Shown piece by piece: positions 1-8,681 of a stretch of DNA of 64,000 nt. Below the pieces are notes generated by a model that ran no database searches, was not told the DNA's origin, and saw nothing but the letters and a program-made list of their open reading frames with translations. How positions within the stretch are numbered: position 1 is the stretch's first letter; the number at the start of each line of letters is the position of its first letter. The translations under genes and the position numbers were made by a program. The stretch covers positions 185,970-249,969 of the forward strand of contig CAZHMU010000001.1 of the NCBI GenBank assembly GCA_964533825.1, given 5' to 3'. The DNA comes from an uncultured Oscillospiraceae bacterium. GTDB lineage: Bacteria; Bacillota; Clostridia; Christensenellales; CAG-314.

Positions 1-1563
1 ACAACACATCCACCATACCACCATTTTTGATAAATGGTACGTATTCGCCAAACTTGAAAAAGCTTTTTAGCGGAAGTCCACTTTTGAGAGTGGCAGACAT
101 ATGAGAGCCATCCTTGCCAAAGGTGTTGGCAAAGCAAACAGCATCGCGCACACGACAAACAATTTTGTCCTGTGGCAATAGTGGCTGTAATTTTTCGGAA
201 ATCTCATAGACATCGGCTACTTTTAGGTCGCTGGTGAGCTCGACATCGTAGAGAAAGATTTTTTCAAAATAGCTTTGTGGTAACTGTGAGAAGATTTGCG
301 ACAATGCTTGCTTGAGAGCCATCAAATTGTCCTTGTGCACACTAAAACCAACTGATGCTTTGTGTCCACCAAACTTGACAAGCAAATGCTTGCATTGGTT
401 GAAAGAATCAAACAAATGGATGTTGTCTACACTGCGAGCAGAACCAACGTAATTGTCACCATCCAATGTCATCACTACTGCCGGAACGTTGTAACGCTCT
501 TTGTAACGAGCGGCAGCAATACCCAACAAGCCATGTTGCCAGTTATCACTGTACAAAAACACAAGCTTGTCCTTTGCAATCTGCTCGCCATCACACATTT
601 GGTCAGCTTGGGCAACAATTTCGTCCAAAATTTCTTTGCGCCTTTCGTTGAGAGCAAGCAGTTGCTCGGCAATGCCCTTATCTACTCTGTCACGTGCAAG
701 AAGCAATTTTAGCGCCACTTCTGGTGAGCCAACACGACCCGCAGCGTTAATTTTGGGGGCAATTCGCATTGCAACGTCGTTGCAAGTCAACGCACTGCAG
801 CACTTTGATAACTCAGCCAAATATTTCAAACTCTTGTGATTGAAATTGGCAAGTCCAGCTTTAACAATGGAGCGGTTTTCATCCTCCATTGGCATCAAAT
901 CGGCAATGGTACCAATAAAGGCAACGTCCACGTACTTGAGTGCGACTTCACGCCCTGCAAGAGCTTCCACCAACTTCCAAGCTACCCCTGAACCGGAAAG
1001 GTTGGGGAAAGGATAGCCCATCTTTGGGTTGATACACAAGCAATCTGGCAAAATATCTGGCAGTTCGTGGTGGTCGGTCACAATTACTTCCACGCCCAGT
1101 TCGTCTACGATTTTTGCAACTTCGTCATGATTGGAAATACCACAGTCAACGGTGATGACCAAATCGTAAAACTTATTTTTGAAAGCATCAATTACCTTTT
1201 CGGCATGCAAGCCATACCCTTCGTCACGAGTGGGGATGATTACGTCATTGTCAACACCATTGTCAGTAAAGAACAAGGACAAGACTGCACTGGCCGTAAG
1301 ACCATCGGCATCGTAGTCACCACAAATAAGCACACTGCCGCCATCTTCCAAAATGTAGGAGATGGTCTCTGCCGCCTCTTCCATATTGGGCATTTCAAAT
1401 GGCGAGTGAAAACTTAGCTTGTCTGTGAAAAACTGCTGATAGTTGTCCGCAGTAACACCACGCGCATTGAGCATTTCCGCAAGGGGCATAGGTATACCTT
1501 GTGCCGTCAAAAACTCAACAGACTGTATGTCATTGTATGGGCGTTTTGTGTATTTTTGTTTCA
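1..1563 (-). CDS. recJ: Single-stranded-DNA-specific exonuclease RecJ (C-terminus cut by window start)
   Basis: Missing from the ORF track because it has no stop inside the window. My translation from ATG 1563 downward gives MKQKYTKRPYNDIQ...CGDYDADGLTAS...VDCGISNHDE...VTDHHEL...GSGVAWKL...IAPKINAAGR, which are DHH/DHHA1 RecJ motifs. The + strand ORFs at 362-1417 are antisense noise. Confidence 0.9.
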
Positions 1564-1568
1564 TAGTT

Positions 1569-1612
1569 CAAAAAAAAGCATAACAGCCTTCTAAAGTGGT
1601 TAGAAGGCTGTT
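1569..1612 (-). terminator. Intrinsic terminator after the SecD/F-like gene
   Basis: A 14-bp perfect inverted repeat (taacagccttctaa / ttagaaggctgtta, 1580-1612) with a 5-nt loop. On the minus strand it is followed by a U8 run (A-run 1569-1576). Confidence 0.65.
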
Positions 1613-1629
1613 AAATGTGTATTAGTTAA

Positions 1630-2859
1630 TTATTTTCTTTTGGAATTTGCGCCTTCGATGAAAGGTTCAACGATGCTTGCAAACAATCTGTTAAGACCCA
1701 TTGTAGCAATAAAGGAAAGAACAACCAAGTAAACCAAAACGTTTCCAAGAGGAGCAGTAACGACTGTAGGAATTGCCCACAAAACGATACCAACTACCAA
1801 AGCAATTGCGTGAACAATCAAGTTACGCTTGCTGGAGTTTGCAAATCCCTTGTGCTTTGCACTTGCAAATGTGCTGCCTTCGTAAGCGTTGATATTTTCA
1901 AATGCATACACTGTGAAATATGTTTGCAAAGCAATACCAGCAAGAATACCAATAACCGCAAAGATGTTGAGAATTTCCAAATGAATCAAACCTGCTACGA
2001 TTGTGCCAACTACAATTGTGAAGAGTTGAGAAAGTACACCAACCCAGCCCAATTTCTTGTAGCGAACAACGTAGAATACAGCAAGTGCCAAAACTACAAC
2101 TGCAAGACCAACAAAAAGGAACAAACCACCGTTGGACTCTGTTGTTTGGCTATCTACAAACTTGAGTTCTGCGCCCAAAACACCACTGTTGATGTAGCCA
2201 GCAAGTTCCTTTGCGCCAGTCATTGTGTAACTGTAAAGGTAAAGTGTGTTTTCATTGTAAAGTTGAACGCCACCACTCAATGTGATTGTTCCGTCGATTG
2301 CGTAGGAACCATTGGAGTAGGAGAGAGAAGATGCGGCTTTAGCGCCTTCTGTTGTCAAGTTTACAATGGTAACAAAGTACTCGTACTCACCACTTACAAG
2401 TTTGCGTGTTGTTGCCCCCTTAAAGTGTTCACCGGAGAGAATTACATTTTCTTCGGAGTAGGTGCTTTCTGCCAAGATTTCCAAAACGCCAGGAACGGAA
2501 ACAACTTCCATAACAGAGTCAACTGTAAGATTGTCGTTACCTTTTACAATTTCTGGTATGGTAACTGTCAAAGTGTTGCCTGTAGTGGAAATCTTTGCGC
2601 CGTAAAGACCATAGATTGCGCCAAGTCTTTTGCTGATAACTTTTTGAGCTTGTACACTTGTTACGCCTTCTTCAAACTCTACAGTGTAGGTTGTTGTAAC
2701 TGTGTCGGAGAACAAGTTGCCTTTTTGTATAAGCGTTGCAGGGGAATAGAACTCACCATAGGCACCATATCCAAATTCAGGGATGAAAGTGAATACACCT
2801 ACAAACGCCAAAACCGCAATAAAAATGATAAGCATTACGGTTGAAGTTGTTTTTGTCAT
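1630..2859 (-). CDS. Divergent SecD/SecF-family-like protein-export membrane protein
   Basis: 409 aa with an N-terminal TM (VMLIIFIAVLAFVGVF), a roughly 230-aa extracytoplasmic domain and a C-terminal bundle of about 5 TMs. It contains IGILAGIALQTYFTVYAFENI, which resembles the SecD/F GIAGiiLtiGmaVDaNVlifERi segment. The position next to recJ matches Bacillus secDF-recJ synteny. RBS AAGGAGG. Confidence 0.45.
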   Translation of the reverse strand: MTKTTSTVMLIIFIAVLAFVGVFTFIPEFGYGAYGEFYSPATLIQKGNLFSDTVTTTYTVEFEEGVTSVQAQKVISKRLGAIYGLYGAKISTTGNTLTVTIPEIVKGNDNLTVDSVMEVVSVPGVLEILAESTYSEENVILSGEHFKGATTRKLVSGEYEYFVTIVNLTTEGAKAASSLSYSNGSYAIDGTITLSGGVQLYNENTLYLYSYTMTGAKELAGYINSGVLGAELKFVDSQTTESNGGLFLFVGLAVVVLALAVFYVVRYKKLGWVGVLSQLFTIVVGTIVAGLIHLEILNIFAVIGILAGIALQTYFTVYAFENINAYEGSTFASAKHKGFANSSKRNLIVHAIALVVGIVLWAIPTVVTAPLGNVLVYLVVLSFIATMGLNRLFASIVEPFIEGANSKRK

Positions 2860-2895
2860 AAGTAGCCTCCTTGACTAACTGAACATAACTCTTAA

Positions 2896-2924
2896 ATTAT
2901 AATATTTTATAGTAAAATAGTCAA
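2896..2924 (-). promoter_or_regulatory. Sigma-A-type promoter (TTGACT-17-TATAAT) for the SecD/F-like gene
   Basis: On the minus strand, TTGACT (2924-2919), a 17-nt spacer, then TATAAT (2901-2896). It lies about 35 nt upstream of the RBS and ATG at 2859. Confidence 0.5.
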
Positions 2925-2974
2925 ATATTTTTGAGTGATTGTGCAACGGATTAGCGTTGCTTGGGACGAGAATA

Positions 2975-3715
2975 CTACTCTTCGTCCTCATCGGGAAGTT
3001 GGACGTTGTGATAAACGTTTTGAACGTCGTCGTTATCTTCCAACATATCCAACATTTTTTGGAAGCGAGCAAGGTTGTCTCCTTCCAAGGTTACCATGTT
3101 TTGTGGGAACCAGATCATTTCTGCAGAAACAAGATTCAAACCATTTGAAACAACAGCATCACGAACAATGGACAAGCTGGTTGTTTCGCAGGTAAACTCT
3201 AGCATACCATCTTCCAAAGCTACGTCGTCTGCGCCTGCTTCAATTGCAAGCTCAAATGCTTGGTCATCGTCGAGATTGGTTGTGTTTTCTGCAACCACAA
3301 CGCCTTTGTGATCGAACATAAATGCAACGCTGTTAGTTTGACCGAGGTTTCCGCCGTATTTTACAAAAGCGCTTCTAACGTCGCCTGCAGTACGGTTTTT
3401 GTTATCTGTAAGGCACTCAACGATAACGGAACTTCCACCGATGCCGTATCCTTCGTAAACGATTGTTACGTAGTCAACTGTGGAAAGTTCGCCACTCGCT
3501 TTTTTGATACTACGAGTGATGTTGTCGTTTGGCATATTGTTTGCCTTTGCCTTTTGAATAACATCGTACAATTTGCTGTTAGAGTTAGGGTCTGCACCAC
3601 CAAGCTTTACCGCTACGGCAATTTCACGACCGATTTTGGTAAAGATACGTGAACGAGCAGCATCTCCCTTTGCTTTTTTGTTTTTGATATTATTCCATTT
3701 GCTATGACCGGACAT
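2975..3715 (-). CDS. yebC: YebC/PmpR-family DNA-binding transcriptional regulator
   Basis: MSGHSKWNNIKNKKAKGDAARSRIFTKIGREIAVAVK... is the canonical YebC N-terminus. 246 aa. Confidence 0.93.
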   Translation of the reverse strand: MSGHSKWNNIKNKKAKGDAARSRIFTKIGREIAVAVKLGGADPNSNSKLYDVIQKAKANNMPNDNITRSIKKASGELSTVDYVTIVYEGYGIGGSSVIVECLTDNKNRTAGDVRSAFVKYGGNLGQTNSVAFMFDHKGVVVAENTTNLDDDQAFELAIEAGADDVALEDGMLEFTCETTSLSIVRDAVVSNGLNLVSAEMIWFPQNMVTLEGDNLARFQKMLDMLEDNDDVQNVYHNVQLPDEDEE

Positions 3716-3725
3716 AAATATACCT

Positions 3726-4463
3726 CTAAATTATGTTTGCGTAAATTTGGTACATAATTACACTACCAGCAACTGCAACGTTAAGTGACTCAAAGTTGTT
3801 TGCCATGGGCAAACAAATCGCGTCATTGGCGTTTGCGCGTGAATAAGCGGAAAGTCCATTGCCTTCGTTACCAAGCACAAGAGCTACATTACCATCAAAC
3901 TTGCAGTCAAAAATGTTACGTCCACCCATATCGCAGGCAAGGATTACATTTTTGGATGCAACATCAAATACTTTGGCAATATCATCCGTTTGGTGCAAGT
4001 TCAAACAAAAATGTGCAGACATTGCGCTACGTACAACCTTTGGTGAGTACAAATCAGCACAATTCACCGCGTAAATATCGGTAAATCCGCAAGCAACTGC
4101 CGTGCGAATCAATGTGCCGATGTTGCCGGGATCTTGCAAGTTGTCCAAAATAAGACAATTACCTTGTGGTTCTACAAGCTCAGCTTGGGGAATTTTGGCT
4201 ACCGCCAACACTCCTTGGCTATTGACTGTGCCAGACATCTTGGCAAACACTCTGTCACTTACGACAATAGCATTTGGAAAATCCAACTCTCCCACAACGC
4301 TTTCTGACACAAAGATGTTTTGCACTTGCGCACCATGAAAAATAGCATCACGCACAAGGCGCTCACCTTCAATTACATAGGATTGATAGAATTTGCGATA
4401 TTTTTTGTCGGCAAGCTTTGCTACTTCCTGCACTTTTGCGTTGTCTGTTGATGTTATGACCAT
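3726..4463 (-). CDS. TrmH/SpoU-family RNA 2'-O-methyltransferase
   Basis: 245 aa. C-terminal SPOUT motifs LVLGNEGNGLS ... IPM..NFESLNVAVAGSVIMY. Confidence 0.85.
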   Translation of the reverse strand: MVITSTDNAKVQEVAKLADKKYRKFYQSYVIEGERLVRDAIFHGAQVQNIFVSESVVGELDFPNAIVVSDRVFAKMSGTVNSQGVLAVAKIPQAELVEPQGNCLILDNLQDPGNIGTLIRTAVACGFTDIYAVNCADLYSPKVVRSAMSAHFCLNLHQTDDIAKVFDVASKNVILACDMGGRNIFDCKFDGNVALVLGNEGNGLSAYSRANANDAICLPMANNFESLNVAVAGSVIMYQIYANII

Positions 4464-4473
4464 GATTTACTAA

Positions 4474-4505
4474 ATAACAACAAAGGGCTTTTGTAGGAAA
4501 AGCCC
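4474..4505 (-). terminator. Intrinsic terminator after rplT
   Basis: Stem gggctttt/aaaagccc (4485-4505) with loop gtagg. On the minus strand it is followed by the T-rich tract tttgttgttattt. Confidence 0.55.
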
Positions 4506-4517
4506 CTAAAGTTGCGA

Positions 4518-4871
4518 CTATTTCAAGTTTGCTTTTGCAGTTTCAGCAAGAGATGCAAATGTAGCTGCATCACTTACAGCGATTTCTGCAAGAGATTTAC
4601 GGTTGAGTTCAATACCAGCAACCTTCAAACCGTGCATAAATTTGGAGTAGGAAAGTCCGTTTGCGCGTGCTGCAGCGTTGATACGAGCAATCCAAAGGCT
4701 ACGCATATCACGTTTGCGAAGACGACGACCAACATATGCATAGTTGCCACTCTTCATAACCGCTTGACGAGCAATGCGGTAGTTTGTGGATTTAAGACCA
4801 AAGTAACCTTTGGCAGCTTTCAAAATCTTTCTGCGTTTTTTAACGGCTGTAACGCCTCTCTTGATTCTCAT
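4518..4871 (-). CDS. rplT: 50S ribosomal protein L20
   Basis: [25 protein letters not shown]... is a typical L20. 117 aa. Confidence 0.97.
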   Translation of the reverse strand: MRIKRGVTAVKKRRKILKAAKGYFGLKSTNYRIARQAVMKSGNYAYVGRRLRKRDMRSLWIARINAAARANGLSYSKFMHGLKVAGIELNRKSLAEIAVSDAATFASLAETAKANLK

Positions 4872-4886
4872 TGATTAGCCCTCCTC

Positions 4887-5081
4887 TTAGTATGGCAACA
4901 TGCTCTTAACAGTTGCCGCTTTTGTATCGTGAACGTAAGCTGTACTGCGAAGATTGCGTGTTCTCTTGGTTGTCTTTTTGCCAAGCTTGTGGTTTTTGTT
5001 GCATTGTGCGCGCTTAACTTTGCCGGATTTCAAAACGACAAATCTTTTTTTGGATGCGCTATGTGATTTTTGTTTAGGCAT
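4887..5081 (-). CDS. rpmI: 50S ribosomal protein L35
   Basis: MPKQKSHSASKKRFVVLKSGKVKR...; 64 aa; lies between infC and rplT. Confidence 0.95.
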   Translation of the reverse strand: MPKQKSHSASKKRFVVLKSGKVKRAQCNKNHKLGKKTTKRTRNLRSTAYVHDTKAATVKSMLPY

Positions 5082-5109
5082 TTGTTTACCCTCCTATAGT
5101 GTACAATGA

Positions 5110-5616
5110 TTAATTTAACGGAACAAGGAACATCGAAATGTTTCTGCCTTCCGTAGTTGGCTGTTTGTCAATTTTTGCAACGTCTTTCAAGATTTCTGCA
5201 AAGCGTTTCATAACTTCCACACCTTGGCTTGCGTATGCTTGTTGGCGACCGCGCATACGAATTGTGGCTTTAACTTTGTTGCCATCTTTCAAGAACTTAC
5301 GTGCGATGTTGGCTTTGGTTTGCAAATCGCCAACGTCAATGGTCATAGAAAGCCAAACTTCCTTGACTTCGATAACCTTTTGGTTGCGTTTCATTTCCTT
5401 TTCACGCTTGGTTTGCTCGTACTTGTACTTGGAGTAATCCATAATTTTGCAAACTGGTGGAACGGAGTTTGGTGAAATCTTGACAAGGTCAAGTTCCAAT
5501 TCGTCCGCCATCTTTTGCGCTTCGTAAGCTGATACAATACCGAGTTGTTGTCCATCGCTACCGATAAGGCGTACTTCCTTATCACGAATTTGCGTGTTGA
5601 TTTGAAGCTCTTTGAT
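5110..5616 (-). CDS. infC: Translation initiation factor IF-3, with a non-canonical ATC start
   Basis: The ORF-track piece (MADELELDLV...PPVCKIMDYSKYKYEQ...) lacks the IF-3 N-domain. The frame stays open up to an in-frame TAA at 5634-5632. ATC at 5616-5614 sits 8 nt after AGGAGG (5630-5625). It adds IKELQINTQIRDKEVRLIGSDGQQLGIVSAYEAQK, the conserved IF-3 N-terminus. Confidence 0.9.
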   Translation of the reverse strand: MKELQINTQIRDKEVRLIGSDGQQLGIVSAYEAQKMADELELDLVKISPNSVPPVCKIMDYSKYKYEQTKREKEMKRNQKVIEVKEVWLSMTIDVGDLQTKANIARKFLKDGNKVKATIRMRGRQQAYASQGVEVMKRFAEILKDVAKIDKQPTTEGRNISMFLVPLN

Positions 5617-5770
5617 AGTCGTGTCCTCCTGTTAGACAAATAAAAAAGTGTGGCATCAAGAATATACCACACCAACAAAATTTGCGCCCAATTTGGCACA
5701 AAGTAATTGCGTATTAGTTAACTGACGAAGGTAATCCGGCAGTGAGAAATGGTATTTCTTCTTGAATTGC
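5617..5770 (-). promoter_or_regulatory. infC-operon 5' leader with an intrinsic attenuator (L20-leader-like)
   Basis: About 150-nt leader between the predicted -10 box and the infC SD. In the minus-strand RNA, a 9-bp hairpin (5672-5648, one G.U pair) is followed by U6 (5647-5642) just upstream of the SD. This layout matches L20-mediated attenuation in Firmicutes. The L20-binding fold itself was not verified. Confidence 0.4.
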
Positions 5771-5776
5771 AATGGT

Positions 5777-5805
5777 ATTATAGCAAAAAGTGGCGACAAA
5801 GTCAA
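5777..5805 (-). promoter_or_regulatory. Sigma-A-type promoter (TTGACT-17-TATAAT) for infC-rpmI-rplT
   Basis: Minus strand: TTGACT (5805-5800), 17-nt spacer, TATAAT (5782-5777). Confidence 0.45.
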
Positions 5806-5917
5806 ACGATTTATCACCACTTTTTTGTGTCATTTTTGTAAATCTGCAAATTGTTTGACACTTTGTATACCGCATTGTGATTGTCCACAAAATGCCAAAA
5901 TAGACAATTACAAAACA

Positions 5918-6790
5918 CTACCTATGCTTTGCGTAGAAACAAACGCCCGCGCCGTTTGGTCCGCAGTGACTACCTGCTGTTGGGTTGACTACGACAATTT
6001 CGATGTTGAGGCCATCACCAAAACGCTCAACAAGCATATCCTTGAGTTGATTGGCAGTTGCTATATCATCCGTATGACCGATGATTACACGGTGATTGTA
6101 GATATCTTCCTGTAAATCTTCCACATACTGCAAAATGCACTTAAGAGTTTTGCGCTTGCCAGTTGCTTTGTCCACGTTAGACATCATGCCATCTGCACTC
6201 ATGTTCAAGATGGGACGAATACCAATTAGATTACCCATCAAAGCCGTAATACCAGTTACACGGCCACTCTTGCAGAAAAAGTTGAGATCGTTTGCAAAAA
6301 AGTACGCGGCAAATTTGTTGACATTTTCCTTTGCCCAGGCAACCATCTCCTCAGCAGTTGCTCCAGCCTTGTACATATCGCCCACTTCACAAACAATATT
6401 ATAACTGCAAAGGGTGATGGCGTTGGTATCTATGGTATAAAACTTGCGCTCGGGATACTTTGCAAGAAGTTCATTGACTGCCAAGTCCATAGCATTGAAC
6501 GTTCCGCTCATTGCACGAGAAAAGTGAACATACAAAATGTCGTCGCCATTGCGAAAATGTGGCTCAAAGTAGGAAATGTATTTTTCTGGACTGATGGCAA
6601 AAGTTTTAGGAACAACACCAGTGCGCAGGGTATCGTAGAAAGATTTACTGTCAAATTGAGTGTAGTCTTCGTATGGGTAGACTGTCTCTTGTCCGTCAAT
6701 TTGGTAAGGCATACTTATCATATGATAGCCATACTCGTTGCATTTTTCCAACGAAAGATCGCAATCGCTATCGGTAAAAAGCACTAACAT
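5918..6790 (-). CDS. DegV-family fatty-acid-binding protein
   Basis: MLVLFTDSDCDLSLE... (DegV TDS motif); 290 aa counted from ATG 6790, which follows AAAGGAG. The ORF-track start at 6814 has no RBS. Confidence 0.88.
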   Translation of the reverse strand: MLVLFTDSDCDLSLEKCNEYGYHMISMPYQIDGQETVYPYEDYTQFDSKSFYDTLRTGVVPKTFAISPEKYISYFEPHFRNGDDILYVHFSRAMSGTFNAMDLAVNELLAKYPERKFYTIDTNAITLCSYNIVCEVGDMYKAGATAEEMVAWAKENVNKFAAYFFANDLNFFCKSGRVTGITALMGNLIGIRPILNMSADGMMSNVDKATGKRKTLKCILQYVEDLQEDIYNHRVIIGHTDDIATANQLKDMLVERFGDGLNIEIVVVNPTAGSHCGPNGAGVCFYAKHR

Positions 6791-6953
6791 ATTTTTTCTC
6801 CTTTGTGATGACACAAATTAAGCAGTAAACCGAACTGCTGTTGCGCCAGTTTGTGCTAATATTATAGAACGTGAAAATAAACTGTCGGTCAATATTACGT
6901 AAACTTTAGGTCAACAAAGGCTTCACTCGGAATTGAATTACAAAGCATTGCTA

Positions 6954-6984
6954 ACAAAAAAATGCACGGACAAAAGCCCGTGCA
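6954..6984 (-). terminator. Intrinsic terminator after the 494-aa orphan gene
   Basis: Stem tgcacgg/ccgtgca (6963-6984). On the minus strand it is followed by a U-run (A-run 6954-6962). It starts 6 nt after the stop at 6990. Confidence 0.6.
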
Positions 6985-6989
6985 AAGTT

Positions 6990-8474
6990 TTAGTTGATTT
7001 TCTGTAAAGTATCGCCACAAAGGTAGGTGTCCAACTTGCAAGTCTCGTCCACGACGCTAACTTGAGCATTATACTTTTTGAGTACAGGCAAAATACCACG
7101 GAAACGATCTAACGCCTTGTTTTTGCTTGGAAGTAGTAAGTCAAAAAACATACCACCATCAGCACAAACACCTTGACCGCACAAAAGAGTTAGATTACTT
7201 TTGTCCTGTTGAACAGAGGTGTTATTGCGGTAGTCAAGATGCCAAAACAAGTCGTTTTGTACAGAGATGACATCTTCCACCTTTGGAATGTATATGTAGC
7301 CAAAGGTGTAGTGAGTTAGCCACAAGGTTGGCGGTCCATCATTTTTGAGATCTTCCTGTGTCATCGTGGAAAGATTTGGCGCATTGGATGCAAGGTGTAC
7401 AATCTTGTCACGATTGTAGAGTGACATGCCAGACATATTTTGACCATCAGTTAGGTCGATGTTGAACATTTGGGGGAAGGGGACTGGGGGTTGCTTGTTG
7501 TAGTAGCGAGTGATGGACTCTACTACGTCTCCGAGAGTGGTAAGAGCAATGTCGCTTTCTATTGCGCGTATGTTGTACCAGGCGTGATACATTTCTTCGC
7601 CAAGAGTACAAGTGAGATAGTTTTCGATATCTTCCAGATACCTGTGCACTTTACGCTCACACTTGCGCATTTTTTCAGGAATAAAAACTCTCAACTCGCC
7701 TTGACTATCTTCCCCACACTCGGTAAAGTAGGCGACCTTGCTCATTTTGTTGAGCTTTGTTTTACCTTTATACTTGTCAACTCCGCCCTTCAAGCAGGGA
7801 ACCATCTTCCAACCATTCTTGACAAACACCGATGGCATATCATTGAAAACTTGCGCTAAAAATTTTATATCAAGGGCGTACTCGGGTACGCTTGCGCACG
7901 CGCGCGCGTACAATACATATTGACCATCCACTACACGACCAAACAGGTCAACGGGAAACATCACATTTGAAAGCTCCTTGTTGAAAATCTTGGACAGCTT
8001 TTTGTCGTTGCGCTTGTCTACGCATTTCTTGATAAGCGCAAATTGTTTTTCTAACTTTGCGCCGATGATGTAGTACAGAATATCATAAAAAATAATTCTA
8101 TCGCCTGGTTGACGACGAAGACAGCACATACCGTCCAAGTCCATTTCGATGTAGTGACCGGCAAGATCCGATGGGTCGTTGCTGTAGGAACTGCAACCAA
8201 CGCACTTTTCAGAAACGTGCTTGCGAAGGATTGTGTCGTACTCGTCCTTGGTGCAGACAAATACATTGCAAGGCGCAAGGTGACTTGGCTCATCAATTTG
8301 TACTTCTGCAGTTGCAATTAAGCTGTCAATAAAGTATGGCGGAATACTGCCAAGTTGCTCGTCACCAACACCAAGCTTTTGCAAAGTAACTGTGCCTTGC
8401 AGTTGCTCGATGGCCTTGTCATTTGGCAAAATATAGTAGTTGAAGTGGTAAAAAACCGCTTTGATTTGTTGCAT
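6990..8474 (-). CDS. Hypothetical Cys-rich protein (494 aa), no recognisable domain
   Basis: Long uninterrupted ORF. ATG 8474 follows CAGGAG at 6-nt spacing (MQQIKAVFYHFNYYILP...). It has its own terminator. Many Cys residues (CVGCSS, MCCLRR, CGQGVCADGG), no TM helix and no motif I can name. Confidence 0.6.
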   Translation of the reverse strand: MQQIKAVFYHFNYYILPNDKAIEQLQGTVTLQKLGVGDEQLGSIPPYFIDSLIATAEVQIDEPSHLAPCNVFVCTKDEYDTILRKHVSEKCVGCSSYSNDPSDLAGHYIEMDLDGMCCLRRQPGDRIIFYDILYYIIGAKLEKQFALIKKCVDKRNDKKLSKIFNKELSNVMFPVDLFGRVVDGQYVLYARACASVPEYALDIKFLAQVFNDMPSVFVKNGWKMVPCLKGGVDKYKGKTKLNKMSKVAYFTECGEDSQGELRVFIPEKMRKCERKVHRYLEDIENYLTCTLGEEMYHAWYNIRAIESDIALTTLGDVVESITRYYNKQPPVPFPQMFNIDLTDGQNMSGMSLYNRDKIVHLASNAPNLSTMTQEDLKNDGPPTLWLTHYTFGYIYIPKVEDVISVQNDLFWHLDYRNNTSVQQDKSNLTLLCGQGVCADGGMFFDLLLPSKNKALDRFRGILPVLKKYNAQVSVVDETCKLDTYLCGDTLQKIN

Positions 8475-8681
8475 TGTTTTGCTCCTGAAGAAATAGTCAA
8501 AGATGCACACCTTGAGCAAAATTGTGCCCAAAACGTGCATTTTTGAGTTGTTTTTAGTAATTTTGATATACTATGTCTGTCAAAGTATGCTACAAAACTA
8601 TACATTTGACAAATTGTAAAGTGCGATGGACTATTTTTAGTATTACAACCTTTTTGGATATGTTTGATACAACTTCATCCA

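Noticed and set aside
362-1417. Plus-strand ORFs at 362-712, 466-651, 567-839 and 1067-1417.
   Set aside because: They are antisense to the recJ reading frame. recJ is not listed in the track only because it has no stop in the window.
1810-2844. Long antisense ORFs opposite well-supported genes: 1810-2844, 11413-12324, 15945-17303, 36477-37271, 39162-39914, 43876-44787, 47340-48764 and 60922-61740.
   Set aside because: Each lies fully inside a gene with strong family motifs on the other strand. Their translations are Cys/Val/Phe/Asn-rich low-complexity sequences with no RBS. This is typical of stop-poor antisense frames.
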